Part shown: positions 27,357 through 39,366 of the stretch, in pieces | Layout of the letters: each line of letters opens with the position of its first letter | How positions within the stretch are numbered: the stretch's first letter is position 1 | DNA from: Acidimicrobiia bacterium | GTDB lineage: Bacteria > Actinomycetota > Acidimicrobiia > Spongiisociales > UBA5794 | Direction: 5' to 3' | Assembly: GCA_051002015.1 (NCBI GenBank) | Contig: JBPCMS010000003.1 | Location: forward strand, 1,155-65,154 | Length of the DNA: 64,000 nt | Made by a program: the position numbers and the translations under genes | Notes under the pieces: generated by a model | The model's database searches: none | Told to the model about the DNA's origin: nothing | Seen by the model: the letters and a program-made list of their open reading frames with translations, nothing else

Positions 27357-28400
27357 ATGGCCGATCGCACCAGCACCCTGTCATGGCCCCTGGTGGCCAG
27401 GGTGGCGGCCCGCGTCGGCGGTAGCTATCCGCTCGAGGGCACCTACCACGAGGGGCGGCTGGCCGATCAGGCGCCCGAGCTGGTCTCGCGCGCCACCGAG
27501 CTGGTCGCCGCCGACACCGGTCTTTCCACCCCGGGACAGCCCATGGTTTCCGTGGTGTCGAGGGCCGCCTGGGTCGAGGCCAACGTCGCCTCGATGTCGA
27601 TGCTGCTCGCCCCCGCCCAGAAGCGGCTCGGTGAGCAGCGGGGCATCGGATCCGCCCTGGCCGACCGCATCGTCGCTCTAGAGATGGGCACCGTGCTCGG
27701 TCTGCTCAGCCGCCGGGTCCTCGGCCAGTACGAGCTGGTGCTCCCCACCGCAGACGGGGGTGACGGCGACACCGTGATGCTGGTCGGATCCAACCTGCTC
27801 GCCCTCGAGCGCCAGCACGAGTTCCGCCCCGACGAGTTCCGCTTCTGGGTCGTCCTCCACGAATGCACCCACCGCGCCCAGTTCCTCGGTGTGCCCTGGC
27901 TGCGTGGCTACTTCCTGTCGCTGGTCGAGGAGCTGGTGGAGAGCGCCGTGCCCGAACCGGGGAGGCTGCAGCGGATCGCAGGTGAGCTGCGGGCGGCGGT
28001 AGCCTCGGGCGAGCCGATGATCGACGACACCGGGCTGTTCGGTCTGTTCGCCTCGGCCGAGCAGCGCCAGATCCTCGAGAAGGTGCAGGCCCTGATGTCG
28101 CTGCTCGAGGGGCACGGCCACGTGGTGATGGACCGCATCGGGGCCCGCGAGCTACTCACCCAACGCCGGATGTCGGCCGTGCTGAAGATGCGCCGGCAGG
28201 ATCCCCGGACCGCCCGCTTCATGCGGCTGGTCGGTCTGGAGATGAAGCTCAAACAGTACGAGACGGGCGCCGCCTTCATCGAGGCGGTCGACCGGCACGC
28301 CGGGTTCGCTGCCCTCGATCGGGCCTGGGAGGGAAAGGAGATGCTCCCCACCCTCGAGGAGATCGCCGAGCCGGTCCGCTGGCTGGAGCGGGTCGGGTAG
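27357..28400 (+). CDS. Zinc-dependent metalloprotease, DUF2342/TIGR03624-like, conserved upstream of tilS
   Basis: HExxH motif VVLHECTHRAQF. Position upstream of tilS-hpt-ftsH is conserved in actinobacteria. Confidence 0.7.
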   Translation: MADRTSTLSWPLVARVAARVGGSYPLEGTYHEGRLADQAPELVSRATELVAADTGLSTPGQPMVSVVSRAAWVEANVASMSMLLAPAQKRLGEQRGIGSALADRIVALEMGTVLGLLSRRVLGQYELVLPTADGGDGDTVMLVGSNLLALERQHEFRPDEFRFWVVLHECTHRAQFLGVPWLRGYFLSLVEELVESAVPEPGRLQRIAGELRAAVASGEPMIDDTGLFGLFASAEQRQILEKVQALMSLLEGHGHVVMDRIGARELLTQRRMSAVLKMRRQDPRTARFMRLVGLEMKLKQYETGAAFIEAVDRHAGFAALDRAWEGKEMLPTLEEIAEPVRWLERVG

Positions 28401-28412
28401 CACCGGGACGCA

Positions 28413-29666
28413 GTGGATCCCCTTTTCGCCGCTCACCTGATCCCGCCAGGCCCGGTGGTCGTGGCCCTGAGCGGTGGCCCCGACTCGGCGGTCGCCGCCT
28501 GGCTGGCCACCACCCGGTCGGACCAGGTGCGGGCGGTGTTCATCGACCACGGGTGGCCCGGTTCCGCCCGGATGGGGGAGGCGGCGGGAGCCGTTGCCCG
28601 CAAGCTCGGCATCCCCCTCGAGGTGGTGACGGTGGCGCCGACCACCTCTGAGACCGGGGCAAGGACGGTCCGGCTGGAGGCGCTGCAGCGGGCCGCGGGC
28701 GAGGCCGCGATCGTCACCGGGCACCACGCCGGCGATGTCGCCGAGACCGTCCTCGCCAACCTGTTGCGGGGCGCAGGCGCCACCGGGCTCTCCGGGATCC
28801 CGGCGTTGCGGGGCCCCTTCATCCGCCCCATGCTCGGCGTTCGGGCCGACGAGGTGCGGCGCACTGCGGTCGACCTCGGGCTGCCGTTCACCGACGACCC
28901 GGCCAACGCCGACCCGGCCCACCACCGCAACCGGATCAGGCACACCGTGCTCCCCGGGCTCGAAGCGGACGCCCCCGGCGCCGGGGCGGCCCTGGCCCGC
29001 TCCGCCGCGGTCCTCGCCGCCGACGACGCCATGCTCGACCGCCTCGCCGCCGAGATTCCGCTCCGCCGCCAGGGCACCGCGGTCCTGGTCCCGGCCGGGG
29101 CGCTGGCCACCGCCCCGCCGCCGGTGGCGGCCCGGATCGTGCGGAGGGCGCTGCGCATGGTCCATCCCCCGTACCCCGGATCGGCGGCAGACGTCGCCGC
29201 CGTGCTGGCGGCGGCGACCGGTCCCACGGCGCAGCTCTCCGGCGGGCTGCTCGCCTCGCGCCAGGGTGCATCGGTAGCCATCCACCCCGCCGGCACCGAG
29301 CGTCCGCCTCCCGCGGTGCCCCTCCCCGTCCCCGGCAGGGCGGTCCTCGCCGACCGGATGGTCACCGCCGACCGCATCGACCGTCCCCGGGTCGCACCGC
29401 TGGGGAAGGCGGTCGCCTGGTTCGACCCCGACCTGGACGATCTGGTCGTCGCCGGAGCGGTGGCAGGCGACCGCATCGACCTCGGCGGGCACACCAAGAA
29501 GGTGGCCGACGCCCTTGCCGAGACCGGGGTGGCCCGGAGGCTGCGTCCTGGTTGGCCGGTGGTGGCGGCGCATGGGAAGATTGCGTGGTTGGTGGGGGTC
29601 AGGGTGGCGGCGTGGGCCCGTCCGGATGCCGCTGCGGGCCATGTGATCGAACTGCGTTGGCGTTGA
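28413..29666 (+). CDS. tilS: tRNA(Ile)-lysidine synthetase
   Basis: PP-loop VVALSGGPDSAV. Conserved tilS-hpt-ftsH order. GTG start. Confidence 0.85.
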   Translation: MDPLFAAHLIPPGPVVVALSGGPDSAVAAWLATTRSDQVRAVFIDHGWPGSARMGEAAGAVARKLGIPLEVVTVAPTTSETGARTVRLEALQRAAGEAAIVTGHHAGDVAETVLANLLRGAGATGLSGIPALRGPFIRPMLGVRADEVRRTAVDLGLPFTDDPANADPAHHRNRIRHTVLPGLEADAPGAGAALARSAAVLAADDAMLDRLAAEIPLRRQGTAVLVPAGALATAPPPVAARIVRRALRMVHPPYPGSAADVAAVLAAATGPTAQLSGGLLASRQGASVAIHPAGTERPPPAVPLPVPGRAVLADRMVTADRIDRPRVAPLGKAVAWFDPDLDDLVVAGAVAGDRIDLGGHTKKVADALAETGVARRLRPGWPVVAAHGKIAWLVGVRVAAWARPDAAAGHVIELRWR

Positions 29667-29683
29667 GGCTGGAGGATCGCAGG

Positions 29684-30208
29684 ATGCTCGATGGCACGAT
29701 CAGGGTGATGATCTCGGCGGAGGAGATCGACGCCAAGTTGGCCGAGATGGGCCGGGCGATCACCGAGGACTACCAGGGCAAGGACCTGCTCATGGTCGGG
29801 GTCCTCAAGGGCGCTTTCATGGTCATGGCGGACCTGGCCCGGCACATCGAGCTTCCGGTCGAGTTCGACTTCATGGCGGTCTCGTCGTACGGCGCCTCCA
29901 CCAAGTCGTCCGGGGTGGTTCGCATCCTCAAGGACCTCGACACCGAGATCCAGGGGCGGCACCTGCTCATCGTCGAAGACATCATCGACTCGGGGCTCAC
30001 CCTGCGTTACCTGATGAAGAGCCTCAGGGTGCGCCAGCCGGCGTCGCTGGAGCTGGCGGCGCTGCTGGTCAAGGACGGTGTGAAGCGGCCCCCGACCGAC
30101 ATCAGGTACGAGGGCTTCCACATCCCGCCCGAGTTCGTGATCGGGTACGGGCTCGACTACGCCGAGAAGTACCGCAACCTGCCCTACGTCGGCGTGGTAG
30201 AGGGCTGA
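29684..30208 (+). CDS. hpt: Hypoxanthine-guanine phosphoribosyltransferase
   Basis: PRPP-binding LLIVEDIIDSGLTL and the conserved Hpt N-terminus. Confidence 0.9.
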   Translation: MLDGTIRVMISAEEIDAKLAEMGRAITEDYQGKDLLMVGVLKGAFMVMADLARHIELPVEFDFMAVSSYGASTKSSGVVRILKDLDTEIQGRHLLIVEDIIDSGLTLRYLMKSLRVRQPASLELAALLVKDGVKRPPTDIRYEGFHIPPEFVIGYGLDYAEKYRNLPYVGVVEG

Positions 30209-30308
30209 GCGCACCGTCGACCGCCCCGGTGGCGAGCCCCAGTCCGGGTAGGAGCGGCCATCTCGTAGACTGGCAGCCAGCAAATCCGTCCTCTGCCGAG
30301 GGAATCCG

Positions 30309-32276
30309 TTGAGCCGTAACGCACGCACCATCCTGGTCTACCTGTCCGTCGGCTTTCTCGTGCTGATGGGCGTCAACCTGTTCCTCGACGGGGGCACCAG
30401 ACCAACCGAGGTGTCGCTCGACGCCTTCATCAACCTGGTGGAGCAGGGCGACGTGGCCGAGGCCGTCATCCTGGAGAAGTCCGAGCAGGTGACCGGCACC
30501 CTGGCCGAGGGCGCCACCATGCCCGGCGGCGGCAGCGACTTCGTGGTCGGCTATCCCAACGAGTACGAGAACGACCTCACCCAGCTGCTCCTCGATGCCG
30601 GGGTCGACGTCACCTCCGACCCGGAGAACCCCTCGCTGCTGCAATGGTTCCTGGGGACGATCTTCCCCTATCTGCTCATCTTCGGCGTCTTCATCTTCAT
30701 CCTGATGCAGATGCAGGGGGGCGGGAACCGGGTGATGCAGTTCGGCAAGGCACGTACCAAGCAGGTCACCAAGGAGACCCCCAAGGCCACCTTCGCCGAC
30801 GTCGCCGGGGCGGAAGAGGCGGTCGAGGAGCTGGTGGAGATCAAGGAGTTCCTGGCCAACCCCGCCAAGTTCCGCGCCATGGGAGCCAAGATCCCCAAGG
30901 GCGTGCTCCTCTACGGCCCCCCCGGCACCGGCAAGACGCTGCTGGCCCGTGCCGTGGCCGGCGAGGCAGGGGTTCCGTTCTTCCCGATCTCCGGGTCCGA
31001 CTTCGTCGAGATGTTCGTCGGGGTCGGTGCCAGCCGGGTGCGTGACCTGTTCGAGCAGGCCAAGGCGCAGGCCCCCGCCATCGTCTTCATCGACGAGATC
31101 GACGCCGTCGGACGCCACCGTGGCGCCGGTCTCGGCGGCGGGCACGATGAGCGGGAGCAGACCCTCAACCAGCTTCTGGTCGAGCTCGACGGCTTCGACG
31201 TCAAGGTTGGGATCATCGTCATCGCCGCCACCAACCGACCGGACATCCTCGATCCCGCCCTGCTCCGCCCCGGCCGTTTCGACCGCCAGATCGTGGTCGA
31301 CCGGCCCGACCTCAGGGGCAGGGAGAAGATCCTGACCGTCCATGCCAAGGGCAAGCCGCTGGCCGAGGGGGTCGACCTGGGGGGGCTGGCCCGCCAGACC
31401 CCAGGCTTCACCGGTGCCGACCTGGCCAACCTGATCAACGAGGCGGCGATACTCGCCGCCCGGCGGGGTCGCACCGACATCGGCACCAGCGAGCTGGAGG
31501 AGGCGATCGACCGGGTGATGGCGGGTCCTGAGCGCCGCAGCCGCTTGATCACCGAGGCGGAGCGGGAGCTGACCGCCTACCACGAGGGCGGCCACGCCTT
31601 GGTGGGGCATGTGCTCCCCAACCTCGACCCGATCCACAAGGTCACCATCATCCCCAGGGGCAGGGCGGGCGGCTACACGCTGGCGCTCCCGATGGAGGAG
31701 AAGTACTTCAACCGCCGCTCCGAGCTGGTCGACCAGCTCGCCTACGCCCTGGGCGGGCGCACCGCCGAGGAGCTGGTGTTCGGCGACCCCAGCACCGGGG
31801 CCAACAACGACATCGAGAAGGCAACCAACCTCGCCCGCAAGATGGTGATGGAGTACGGCATGAGCGACAAGCTGGGCCCGCTCCGCTACGGCAAGCCCGA
31901 GGGCGAGGTCTTCCTGGGTCGCGACTACTCCCAACGCAACGACATCTCCAACGAGCTGGCCGCCGCCATCGACGAGGAGGTGCGCCGGCTGATCACCCAG
32001 GCCCACGACGAGGCCCGCGAGATCATCACCGCCCACCGCGACGCCCTCGACCGCATCGCCAAGGCGCTCCTGGAGAACGAGACCCTCGACGCCGCCGAGG
32101 TGGCGGTCATCTTCGGCGACATCCCCAAGTGGGAGCACGTCGGCAACGGCTCGCTGCGTATCCAGGCGCCCAGCCAACCGGTGGATGCCGGTGTCGAGGG
32201 GAGGGCGAGCGAGACCGTCGACGGCATGGTGGCCGCCCAGGCACCCCACGACGGTCCCCGGCCCCATCAGCCCTGA
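30309..32276 (+). CDS. ftsH: ATP-dependent zinc metalloprotease FtsH
   Basis: AAA Walker [12 protein letters not shown], and protease HEGGHA (HExxH). TTG/GTG-type start. Confidence 0.92.
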   Translation: MSRNARTILVYLSVGFLVLMGVNLFLDGGTRPTEVSLDAFINLVEQGDVAEAVILEKSEQVTGTLAEGATMPGGGSDFVVGYPNEYENDLTQLLLDAGVDVTSDPENPSLLQWFLGTIFPYLLIFGVFIFILMQMQGGGNRVMQFGKARTKQVTKETPKATFADVAGAEEAVEELVEIKEFLANPAKFRAMGAKIPKGVLLYGPPGTGKTLLARAVAGEAGVPFFPISGSDFVEMFVGVGASRVRDLFEQAKAQAPAIVFIDEIDAVGRHRGAGLGGGHDEREQTLNQLLVELDGFDVKVGIIVIAATNRPDILDPALLRPGRFDRQIVVDRPDLRGREKILTVHAKGKPLAEGVDLGGLARQTPGFTGADLANLINEAAILAARRGRTDIGTSELEEAIDRVMAGPERRSRLITEAERELTAYHEGGHALVGHVLPNLDPIHKVTIIPRGRAGGYTLALPMEEKYFNRRSELVDQLAYALGGRTAEELVFGDPSTGANNDIEKATNLARKMVMEYGMSDKLGPLRYGKPEGEVFLGRDYSQRNDISNELAAAIDEEVRRLITQAHDEAREIITAHRDALDRIAKALLENETLDAAEVAVIFGDIPKWEHVGNGSLRIQAPSQPVDAGVEGRASETVDGMVAAQAPHDGPRPHQP

Positions 32277-32355
32277 TCTCACCGCCGCGTCCTTCATCCC
32301 GGTCACCTGGCGGGTCCGCTCCACGACCTTGAGCACCGCCGACCACACCCTGGTG

Positions 32356-33162
32356 ATGGGGGTGCTCAACGTCACCCCCGATTCGTTCTCGGATGGGGGC
32401 CGCTTCGACGCCACCGACGCGACCGACGCCGCCGTTGCCGCCGGGCTGGACCTGTGGCGGCAGGGCGCCGACCTGGTGGATGTCGGGGGTGAGTCGACCA
32501 GGCCAGGCTCGGTCGGGGTGTCCGTCGGCGAGGAGACCGACCGGGTCATCCCCGTGGTCGCCGCCCTCGCCGCCCAAGGCGTGCTGGTCTCGGTCGACAC
32601 CTCCAAGCCGGAGGTTGCCGCCGCCGCCCTCGACGCCGGGGCCGAGGTCGTCAACGACATCACCGCCCTCGCCGACCCGGACATGGCTGCACTGTGCGCC
32701 GCCCGGGGTCCCGGGGTGGTGCTGATGCACATGCAGGGCACCCCGGAGACGATGCAGCTCGACCCCCGCTACCACGACGTGGTCGCCGAGGTGGAGCGAT
32801 ACCTGATCGACCGGGCCGCCGCCGCCGTCGCCGCCGGCGTCGATCCCGCCCGCATCTGCCTCGATCCGGGGATCGGGTTCGGCAAGCGGCTCGACCACAA
32901 CCTCGACCTGCTCTCGGGTGTGGCAACGCTGGCGGCCGCCGGATACCCGGTGCTGATCGGGGCCTCGCGCAAGGGGTTCCTGGGTGAGATCCTGGCCGCC
33001 GCCGGGCACGGTGCACCCGCCGACCGGAGAGACCCGGCCACCCACGCCACCACCGCCCTCGCCGTCGCCGCCGGCGCCGCCGTGGTGAGGGCCCACGACG
33101 TGGTCGGAACGCTTCAGGCGGCCCGGACCGCCGACGCTATCGTTCGTTCCCACGGACGCTGA
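32356..33162 (+). CDS. folP: Dihydropteroate synthase
   Basis: MGVLNVTPDSFSDGG...VDVGGESTRPG...DPGIGFGK. The start may be 9-18 codons upstream (TTG/GTG). Confidence 0.85.
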   Translation: MGVLNVTPDSFSDGGRFDATDATDAAVAAGLDLWRQGADLVDVGGESTRPGSVGVSVGEETDRVIPVVAALAAQGVLVSVDTSKPEVAAAALDAGAEVVNDITALADPDMAALCAARGPGVVLMHMQGTPETMQLDPRYHDVVAEVERYLIDRAAAAVAAGVDPARICLDPGIGFGKRLDHNLDLLSGVATLAAAGYPVLIGASRKGFLGEILAAAGHGAPADRRDPATHATTALAVAAGAAVVRAHDVVGTLQAARTADAIVRSHGR

Positions 33163-33171
33163 AGGGACCCG

Positions 33172-33645
33172 ATGGCTGGGCTCGAACCTAAGGGATTCAC
33201 CTGGGTGATAACCGGTCGTCTGGCGGTGTCCGAGCGGATCGGCGGCTACGGGTTCCAGCATCGCAGGGTGAGGCGTGAGGAGGAGGTGGTGTGGCTCCTC
33301 GCCGAGGGCGTCAACACCGTGTTCTCCCTGCTCCCCGGCAACCAGAACCAGGCGGCGTACGAGGGGGCCGGTCTCCGTTACTTCAACCACCCGGTCCCGC
33401 CCGACCTCGACCCGCACGATGCGCCCGGGATGTTCGCCGCCCTCGACGAGGCGCTGTCGCGCCGGGGCGCATGCGTGCTGGTCCACCGCGATCTGATCGA
33501 CGACACCGTGGTCGGGCTGCTCGGCGGCTACCTGGTGTACGCCGGGCTGGTAAAGGACCCGGTGATGGCCACCTCGATCATCCAGGAGATCACCGGCAGG
33601 CCGCTCGGCCCCGAGGGTCGCCGGCTGATCCCCGTTCCCGGTTGA
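33172..33645 (+). CDS. Dual-specificity/tyrosine-phosphatase-like protein lacking the CX5R catalytic loop (predicted pseudophosphatase), sitting where folB would be expected
   Basis: DSP-like layout [11 protein letters not shown]...[11 protein letters not shown]...YFNHPVPPD...[31 protein letters not shown] replaces HCxxGxxR. Confidence 0.45.
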   Translation: MAGLEPKGFTWVITGRLAVSERIGGYGFQHRRVRREEEVVWLLAEGVNTVFSLLPGNQNQAAYEGAGLRYFNHPVPPDLDPHDAPGMFAALDEALSRRGACVLVHRDLIDDTVVGLLGGYLVYAGLVKDPVMATSIIQEITGRPLGPEGRRLIPVPG

Positions 33646-34826
33646 CCGTCACCGTCGCCATCGGGCTCGGGTCCAACCTGGGCGACCGCCTCGGCCATCT
33701 TGCCGCCGCCGTCGCCGCCATCGGGACCTCGGTCGGGATGGTGGCGCGCCTGTCGTCGGTGTACGAGACGGCGCCCGTCGGCGGACCCGACCAGGACGAC
33801 TACCTCAACGCCGTTGCCGTGGTCGACACCGAGCTCGACCCCGACCAGACCCTCGACCGGCTGCTCGCCATCGAGCGGCAGATGGGCCGGGAGCGTCGGG
33901 AGCGGTGGGGCCCCCGGATCATCGACCTCGACCTGCTGCTGTACGGGGAGGCGACCATCGACCGGCCGGGGCTGACCATCCCCCACACCCGCATGACCGG
34001 TCGCCGCTTCGTGCTCGAGCCGCTGGCCGAGGTGTGGCCCCACCCGATCCTGCCCGACGGCACCGCCATCGCCGCCGCCCTCGATGCCGCCGCCGGCCAG
34101 GAGGTGCGGCGGCTGGGGACGCTCGACGGCCCGGCTCTCTATGGTGGGCCGGAGCAGGCGAGGAGGGCGATGGAAGACCCCGTTCCCCATACGATGCCGG
34201 ACAACGTGGTGGTGGTGGATCACCCGCTGGTGCAACACAAGCTGAGCCTGATGCGGCGCAAGGAGACCCCGACCGTCGAGTTCCGCATGCTGTTGCGGGA
34301 GATTTCGGCGCTGCTCGGCTACGAGGTCACCCGCGACCTGCCGCTGACCCTGGTGCCGATCGAGACCCCGATGGCGGCGATGGAGGCGCCGATGATCGAC
34401 GGTATCAAGCCGGTGATCGTCTCGATCCTGCGCGCCGGCGGCGGGATCCTCGAGGGCATGCTCGACGTGCTCCCCTCGGCCCGGGTGGGTCACATCGGGC
34501 TGTACCGGGACCACGACACGCTCCAGGCGGTCGAGTACTACTTCAAGATGCCGGACAGGGTCGAGGACCGGATGGTGATCGTGGTCGACCCGATGCTGGC
34601 CACCGGGCATTCGGCGGTGGCTGCCGTCGACCGTATCAAGACCCGCAACCCCAAGGAGATACGGTTCGTCTGCCTGCTCGCCGCCCCCGAGGGGATCGCC
34701 GAACTCCACCGCCTCCACCCGGATGTCGCCATCTGGACCGCAGCCATCGACAGCCACCTCAACGAGAAGGGCTACATCGTCCCCGGTCTCGGCGACGCCG
34801 GCGACCGCATCTTCGGGACCAAGTAG
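33642..34826 (+). CDS. folK: In-frame fusion of HPPK (FolK) with uracil phosphoribosyltransferase (Upp)
   Basis: N-terminal 160 aa are HPPK ([42 protein letters not shown]). After a roughly 45-aa linker come [17 protein letters not shown]...[11 protein letters not shown]...[17 protein letters not shown] (Upp). There is no stop codon between them. An AGGAGG sits 3 nt before the internal ATG (MEDPVPH). Confidence 0.7.
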   Translation: MTVTVAIGLGSNLGDRLGHLAAAVAAIGTSVGMVARLSSVYETAPVGGPDQDDYLNAVAVVDTELDPDQTLDRLLAIERQMGRERRERWGPRIIDLDLLLYGEATIDRPGLTIPHTRMTGRRFVLEPLAEVWPHPILPDGTAIAAALDAAAGQEVRRLGTLDGPALYGGPEQARRAMEDPVPHTMPDNVVVVDHPLVQHKLSLMRRKETPTVEFRMLLREISALLGYEVTRDLPLTLVPIETPMAAMEAPMIDGIKPVIVSILRAGGGILEGMLDVLPSARVGHIGLYRDHDTLQAVEYYFKMPDRVEDRMVIVVDPMLATGHSAVAAVDRIKTRNPKEIRFVCLLAAPEGIAELHRLHPDVAIWTAAIDSHLNEKGYIVPGLGDAGDRIFGTK

Positions 34827-34896
34827 GGGGTCGATGCCGGCCGCCTCCTACACTTCCGCCCCGGTCGGGTACCCGCCGGACGGAAACCGAGGTCGC

Positions 34897-35730
34897 ATGC
34901 GGATCGTCATCGTCGGGCCGGGTCGGGCAGGCCTGGCTCTCGCCATCGCCGCCGCCAGGGCCGGCCACCGCATCGTCGCCGTGGCCGGGCGCGACCTCGA
35001 CCACGCCTCCCCGGCCGCCGCTGCCCTCGGCGCCACCGCGCTCACCCTTGGCGACGCCATCCCCGGCAACGACCTGGTGGTGATCGCCACTCGCGACGAC
35101 GACATCGCCGCCGTCGCCGCCACCATGGCCGCATCGCCCGGGCTCATCACCGCCGCCGTCCACCTGTCGGGGCTGGCCCCGGTGGCGACCCTCGCCCCGC
35201 TCGCCGACCGGGGTGCCGCCACCGGGTCGATGCACCCCCTGCAGACCCTGCCCACGCCGGAGGCAGGCGCCGACCGGCTGGCCGGATCGTGGATGGCGGT
35301 CACCGCAGAGGAGCCGCTGGCGAGCACCCTCCGGGAGCTGGCCCGGTCGCTCGGCACCCATCCGTTCCCGCTGGCGGACGACGCCAAGCCGCTGTACCAC
35401 GCAGGCGCCGCCGCCGCCGCCAACTTCCCGCTCGCCTCCCTCACCATCGCCCACGACCTGTTCACCGCAGCCGGGGTGCCGGTGAAGGCGGCCCGGCCGC
35501 TGGTGGAGGCGGCCGTTGCCAACGCCTTCGAGATGGGGCCCCGGTCGGCCCTCACCGGACCGGTGGTGCGGGGCGACGCCGCCACCGTCTCCGCCCAGCT
35601 CGACGCCGTGGCCGCCGCCACCCCCGAGTGGCTCGACGGGTTCTCCGCCCAGGTGGCGCTGATCGCCAGGATCGCCGGGCGATGGGACGAGTTCGCCGAC
35701 GTGCTCGCCGTCGACCGGAGGGCGTCATGA
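34897..35730 (+). CDS. DUF2520/Rossmann-like oxidoreductase-family protein (Rv3603c-like)
   Basis: MRIVIVGPGRAGLALA NAD(P)-binding N-terminus. Conserved position upstream of panC. Confidence 0.7.
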   Translation: MRIVIVGPGRAGLALAIAAARAGHRIVAVAGRDLDHASPAAAALGATALTLGDAIPGNDLVVIATRDDDIAAVAATMAASPGLITAAVHLSGLAPVATLAPLADRGAATGSMHPLQTLPTPEAGADRLAGSWMAVTAEEPLASTLRELARSLGTHPFPLADDAKPLYHAGAAAAANFPLASLTIAHDLFTAAGVPVKAARPLVEAAVANAFEMGPRSALTGPVVRGDAATVSAQLDAVAAATPEWLDGFSAQVALIARIAGRWDEFADVLAVDRRAS

Positions 35731-36626
35731 GGGTCGCCCGCACCTTCGCCGAGGCCAGGGACGCCGGCGCATCCCCGGTGGGGCTGGTCGCCACCATGGG
35801 GTTCCTCCACGAGGGCCACCTGTCCCACGTCCATGCCGCCCGGGCCGCCGGCGACGGGACCGTGGTGATGAGCCTCTTCGTCAACCCGCTCCAGTTCGGT
35901 CCCAACGAGGACCTCGACCGCTATCCCAGGGACCTCGACCGCGACGCCGCCCTGGCCGAGTCCGCAGGTGTGGACGTGCTCTTCACCCCGTCCGTCGACG
36001 AGGTGTACCCCACCCCGCCGGACACGTTGGTCGAGGTGGGCGGCCCCGCCACCGCCCTCGAAGCCCGCTCCCGCCCCCGGCACTTTGCCGGCGTCGCCAC
36101 CGTGGTCACCAAGCTGTTCGCAGGGATCCGCCCCGATCGGGCCTACTTCGGGCGCAAGGATGCCCAGCAGCTCGCCGTGATCCGCCGCATGACCGCCGAC
36201 CTCTCCTTCCCCGTGGAGGTCGTCGGCGGCCCGATCATCCGCCACGCCGACGGCGTGGCGTTGTCGTCGCGCAACACCTTCCTGTCCGCCGGCGATCGGA
36301 TAGCCGCCACCGGGCTGTACCGCGGGCTGATGGCGGCGGCCGATGCGGTCGAGGCGGGGGAGCGGCACGGCTCCGCCCTGGAGGCGCTGGTCCGTGGGGC
36401 GTTGATGGCCAAGCCCGGGATCCATGTCGACTATGTGGAGCTGGCCTCGGCCGACCGGGTCGAGCGGCTGGTCGAGCTCGACCGCCCCGCCTTCCTCGCC
36501 GTCGCCGCCAGGGTTGGTGCGGTCCGGCTGATCGACAACATCCACCTCGACCCCGTCGACGGCGGGTTCGTCGCCGACCGGGGGACACGGCTGGTGGGGG
36601 CGTCGGTGATGGAGGTGGCGGGCTGA
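35727..36626 (+). CDS. panC: Pantoate--beta-alanine ligase
   Basis: HEGHLSHV (HIGH motif), FGRKDAQQL. ATGA overlap with the upstream gene. Confidence 0.9.
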   Translation: MRVARTFAEARDAGASPVGLVATMGFLHEGHLSHVHAARAAGDGTVVMSLFVNPLQFGPNEDLDRYPRDLDRDAALAESAGVDVLFTPSVDEVYPTPPDTLVEVGGPATALEARSRPRHFAGVATVVTKLFAGIRPDRAYFGRKDAQQLAVIRRMTADLSFPVEVVGGPIIRHADGVALSSRNTFLSAGDRIAATGLYRGLMAAADAVEAGERHGSALEALVRGALMAKPGIHVDYVELASADRVERLVELDRPAFLAVAARVGAVRLIDNIHLDPVDGGFVADRGTRLVGASVMEVAG

Positions 36627-37401
36627 TGCTGCTGGTGGTCGATGTGGGCAACAGCCAGACGGTGCTCGGTCTGTACGACGGGGAGCAGCTGGCGGCCCAC
36701 TGGCGGTTCACCACCGCCCGCAACCGCACCGAGGACGAGCTGCGCATGCTGTTCCGGGCGATGCTCGAGCTCGACGGGTTCTCCGAGAAGGACGTCACCG
36801 GGGTGGCGGTGTCGAGCGTGGTTCCTGCGGTGACGGCGGCGCTGCGGACGGCGGCGGCCGATCTCGCCCCCGAGGCGTTCGTGGTCGTCGAGCCGGGGGT
36901 GAAGACCGGGATGGCCATCCACATCGACAACCCGAGGGAGGTGGGCGCCGACCGGGTGGTGAACGCCGTCGCCGCCCGCCACCGCTACGGGGCGCCGGTG
37001 GTTTCGGTGGATTTCGGCACCTCGACCAACGTCGACGTGGTCGGTCCCGACGGCGACTACCTGGGCGGAGCCATCGCCCCCGGGCTGGCGATCTCGACCG
37101 ATGCGCTGATCTCGGGGACGGCGGCGTTGCGCAAGGTGGAGTTCGTGCCGCCCCGCTCGCCCATCGGGAAGGGGACGGTGGAGGCCATCCAGAGCGGTGC
37201 CCTGTACGGGCACGCCGGGCTGGTGGACGGGATCGTGGGCCGCATCGTCGCCGAGCTGGGCGGCGAGGTCACCGTGGTCGCCACCGGCGGGATGGCGTCG
37301 ACGATCGTGCCCCATTGCTCCACGGTGGGCATCGTCGACGAGTTCCTCACCCTCGACGGGCTACGCCTGGTGTACGACCTAAACCACGGGCCCGACGCCT
37401 C

Positions 37402-37405
<4 letters not shown>
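36626..37405 (+). CDS. coaX: Type III pantothenate kinase
   Basis: MLLVVDVGNSQTVLGLY and the Bvg-accessory-factor fold motifs. Start overlaps the panC stop. Confidence 0.9.
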
Positions 37406-38916
<1,511 letters not shown>

Positions 38917-38917
38917 C

Positions 38918-39336
38918 CTGGGAGCTTGCCGGTCAGGCAGGCTCTGCTCGGCAGCGGGTCAGCCCCCGCTAGTGTCGAGCACTGCTCGCTATTCTGGGAG
39001 AAGTGGACATCGCCGAAGCCATCTGGCAGCTCCGATCTGCATGGAGAATCGACCATGAGTGAGCCACACCCCGACGACCTGGACCTCTCTCTCGATGAAG
39101 CTCGCGCCCTGCTTGATCGGGCGGAGCCGGCCGAGATCGTCGCTCCGCACATCGCTTTCAGCTTCACGCCTACTACGGGCACCACCGGCTTCGTCCCGGT
39201 CCAGGGAACGGTTGCTACCGAAGTGCCCGCCACGGATCGCATCGTTGTGAGGGTCGACCCTTAGTTGGGTGCAGGTAATCAGCACGCTGACTCGGTGTCG
39301 TTCGTTGCTGTGGCCACCGGTGCTGCTGAGTCCGCC
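38918..39336. mobile_element. Lower-GC insert between the duplicated lysS 3' ends. Candidate remnant of an integrated element or a miniature insertion.
   Basis: Flanked by 22-bp direct repeats, which is att-core-like. Visibly lower GC than the neighbours. Contains one small ORF and a hairpin immediately after the lysS stop. Confidence 0.35.
39055..39264 (+). CDS. Hypothetical 69-aa protein encoded inside the insert
   Basis: ATG preceded by GGAGAA 8 nt upstream (MSEPHPDDLDLSLDEARALL...). No recognisable family. Confidence 0.3.
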   Translation: MSEPHPDDLDLSLDEARALLDRAEPAEIVAPHIAFSFTPTTGTTGFVPVQGTVATEVPATDRIVVRVDP

Positions 39337-39366
39337 GAGCCGGATACCGACTGACCGGGCGCCGGT

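Noticed and set aside
33172-33645. Interpreting the gene between folP and folK as folB (dihydroneopterin aldolase)
   Set aside because: It lacks the DHNA motifs and has a phosphatase-like layout instead. It is reported as a pseudophosphatase-like protein, with the absence of folB noted.
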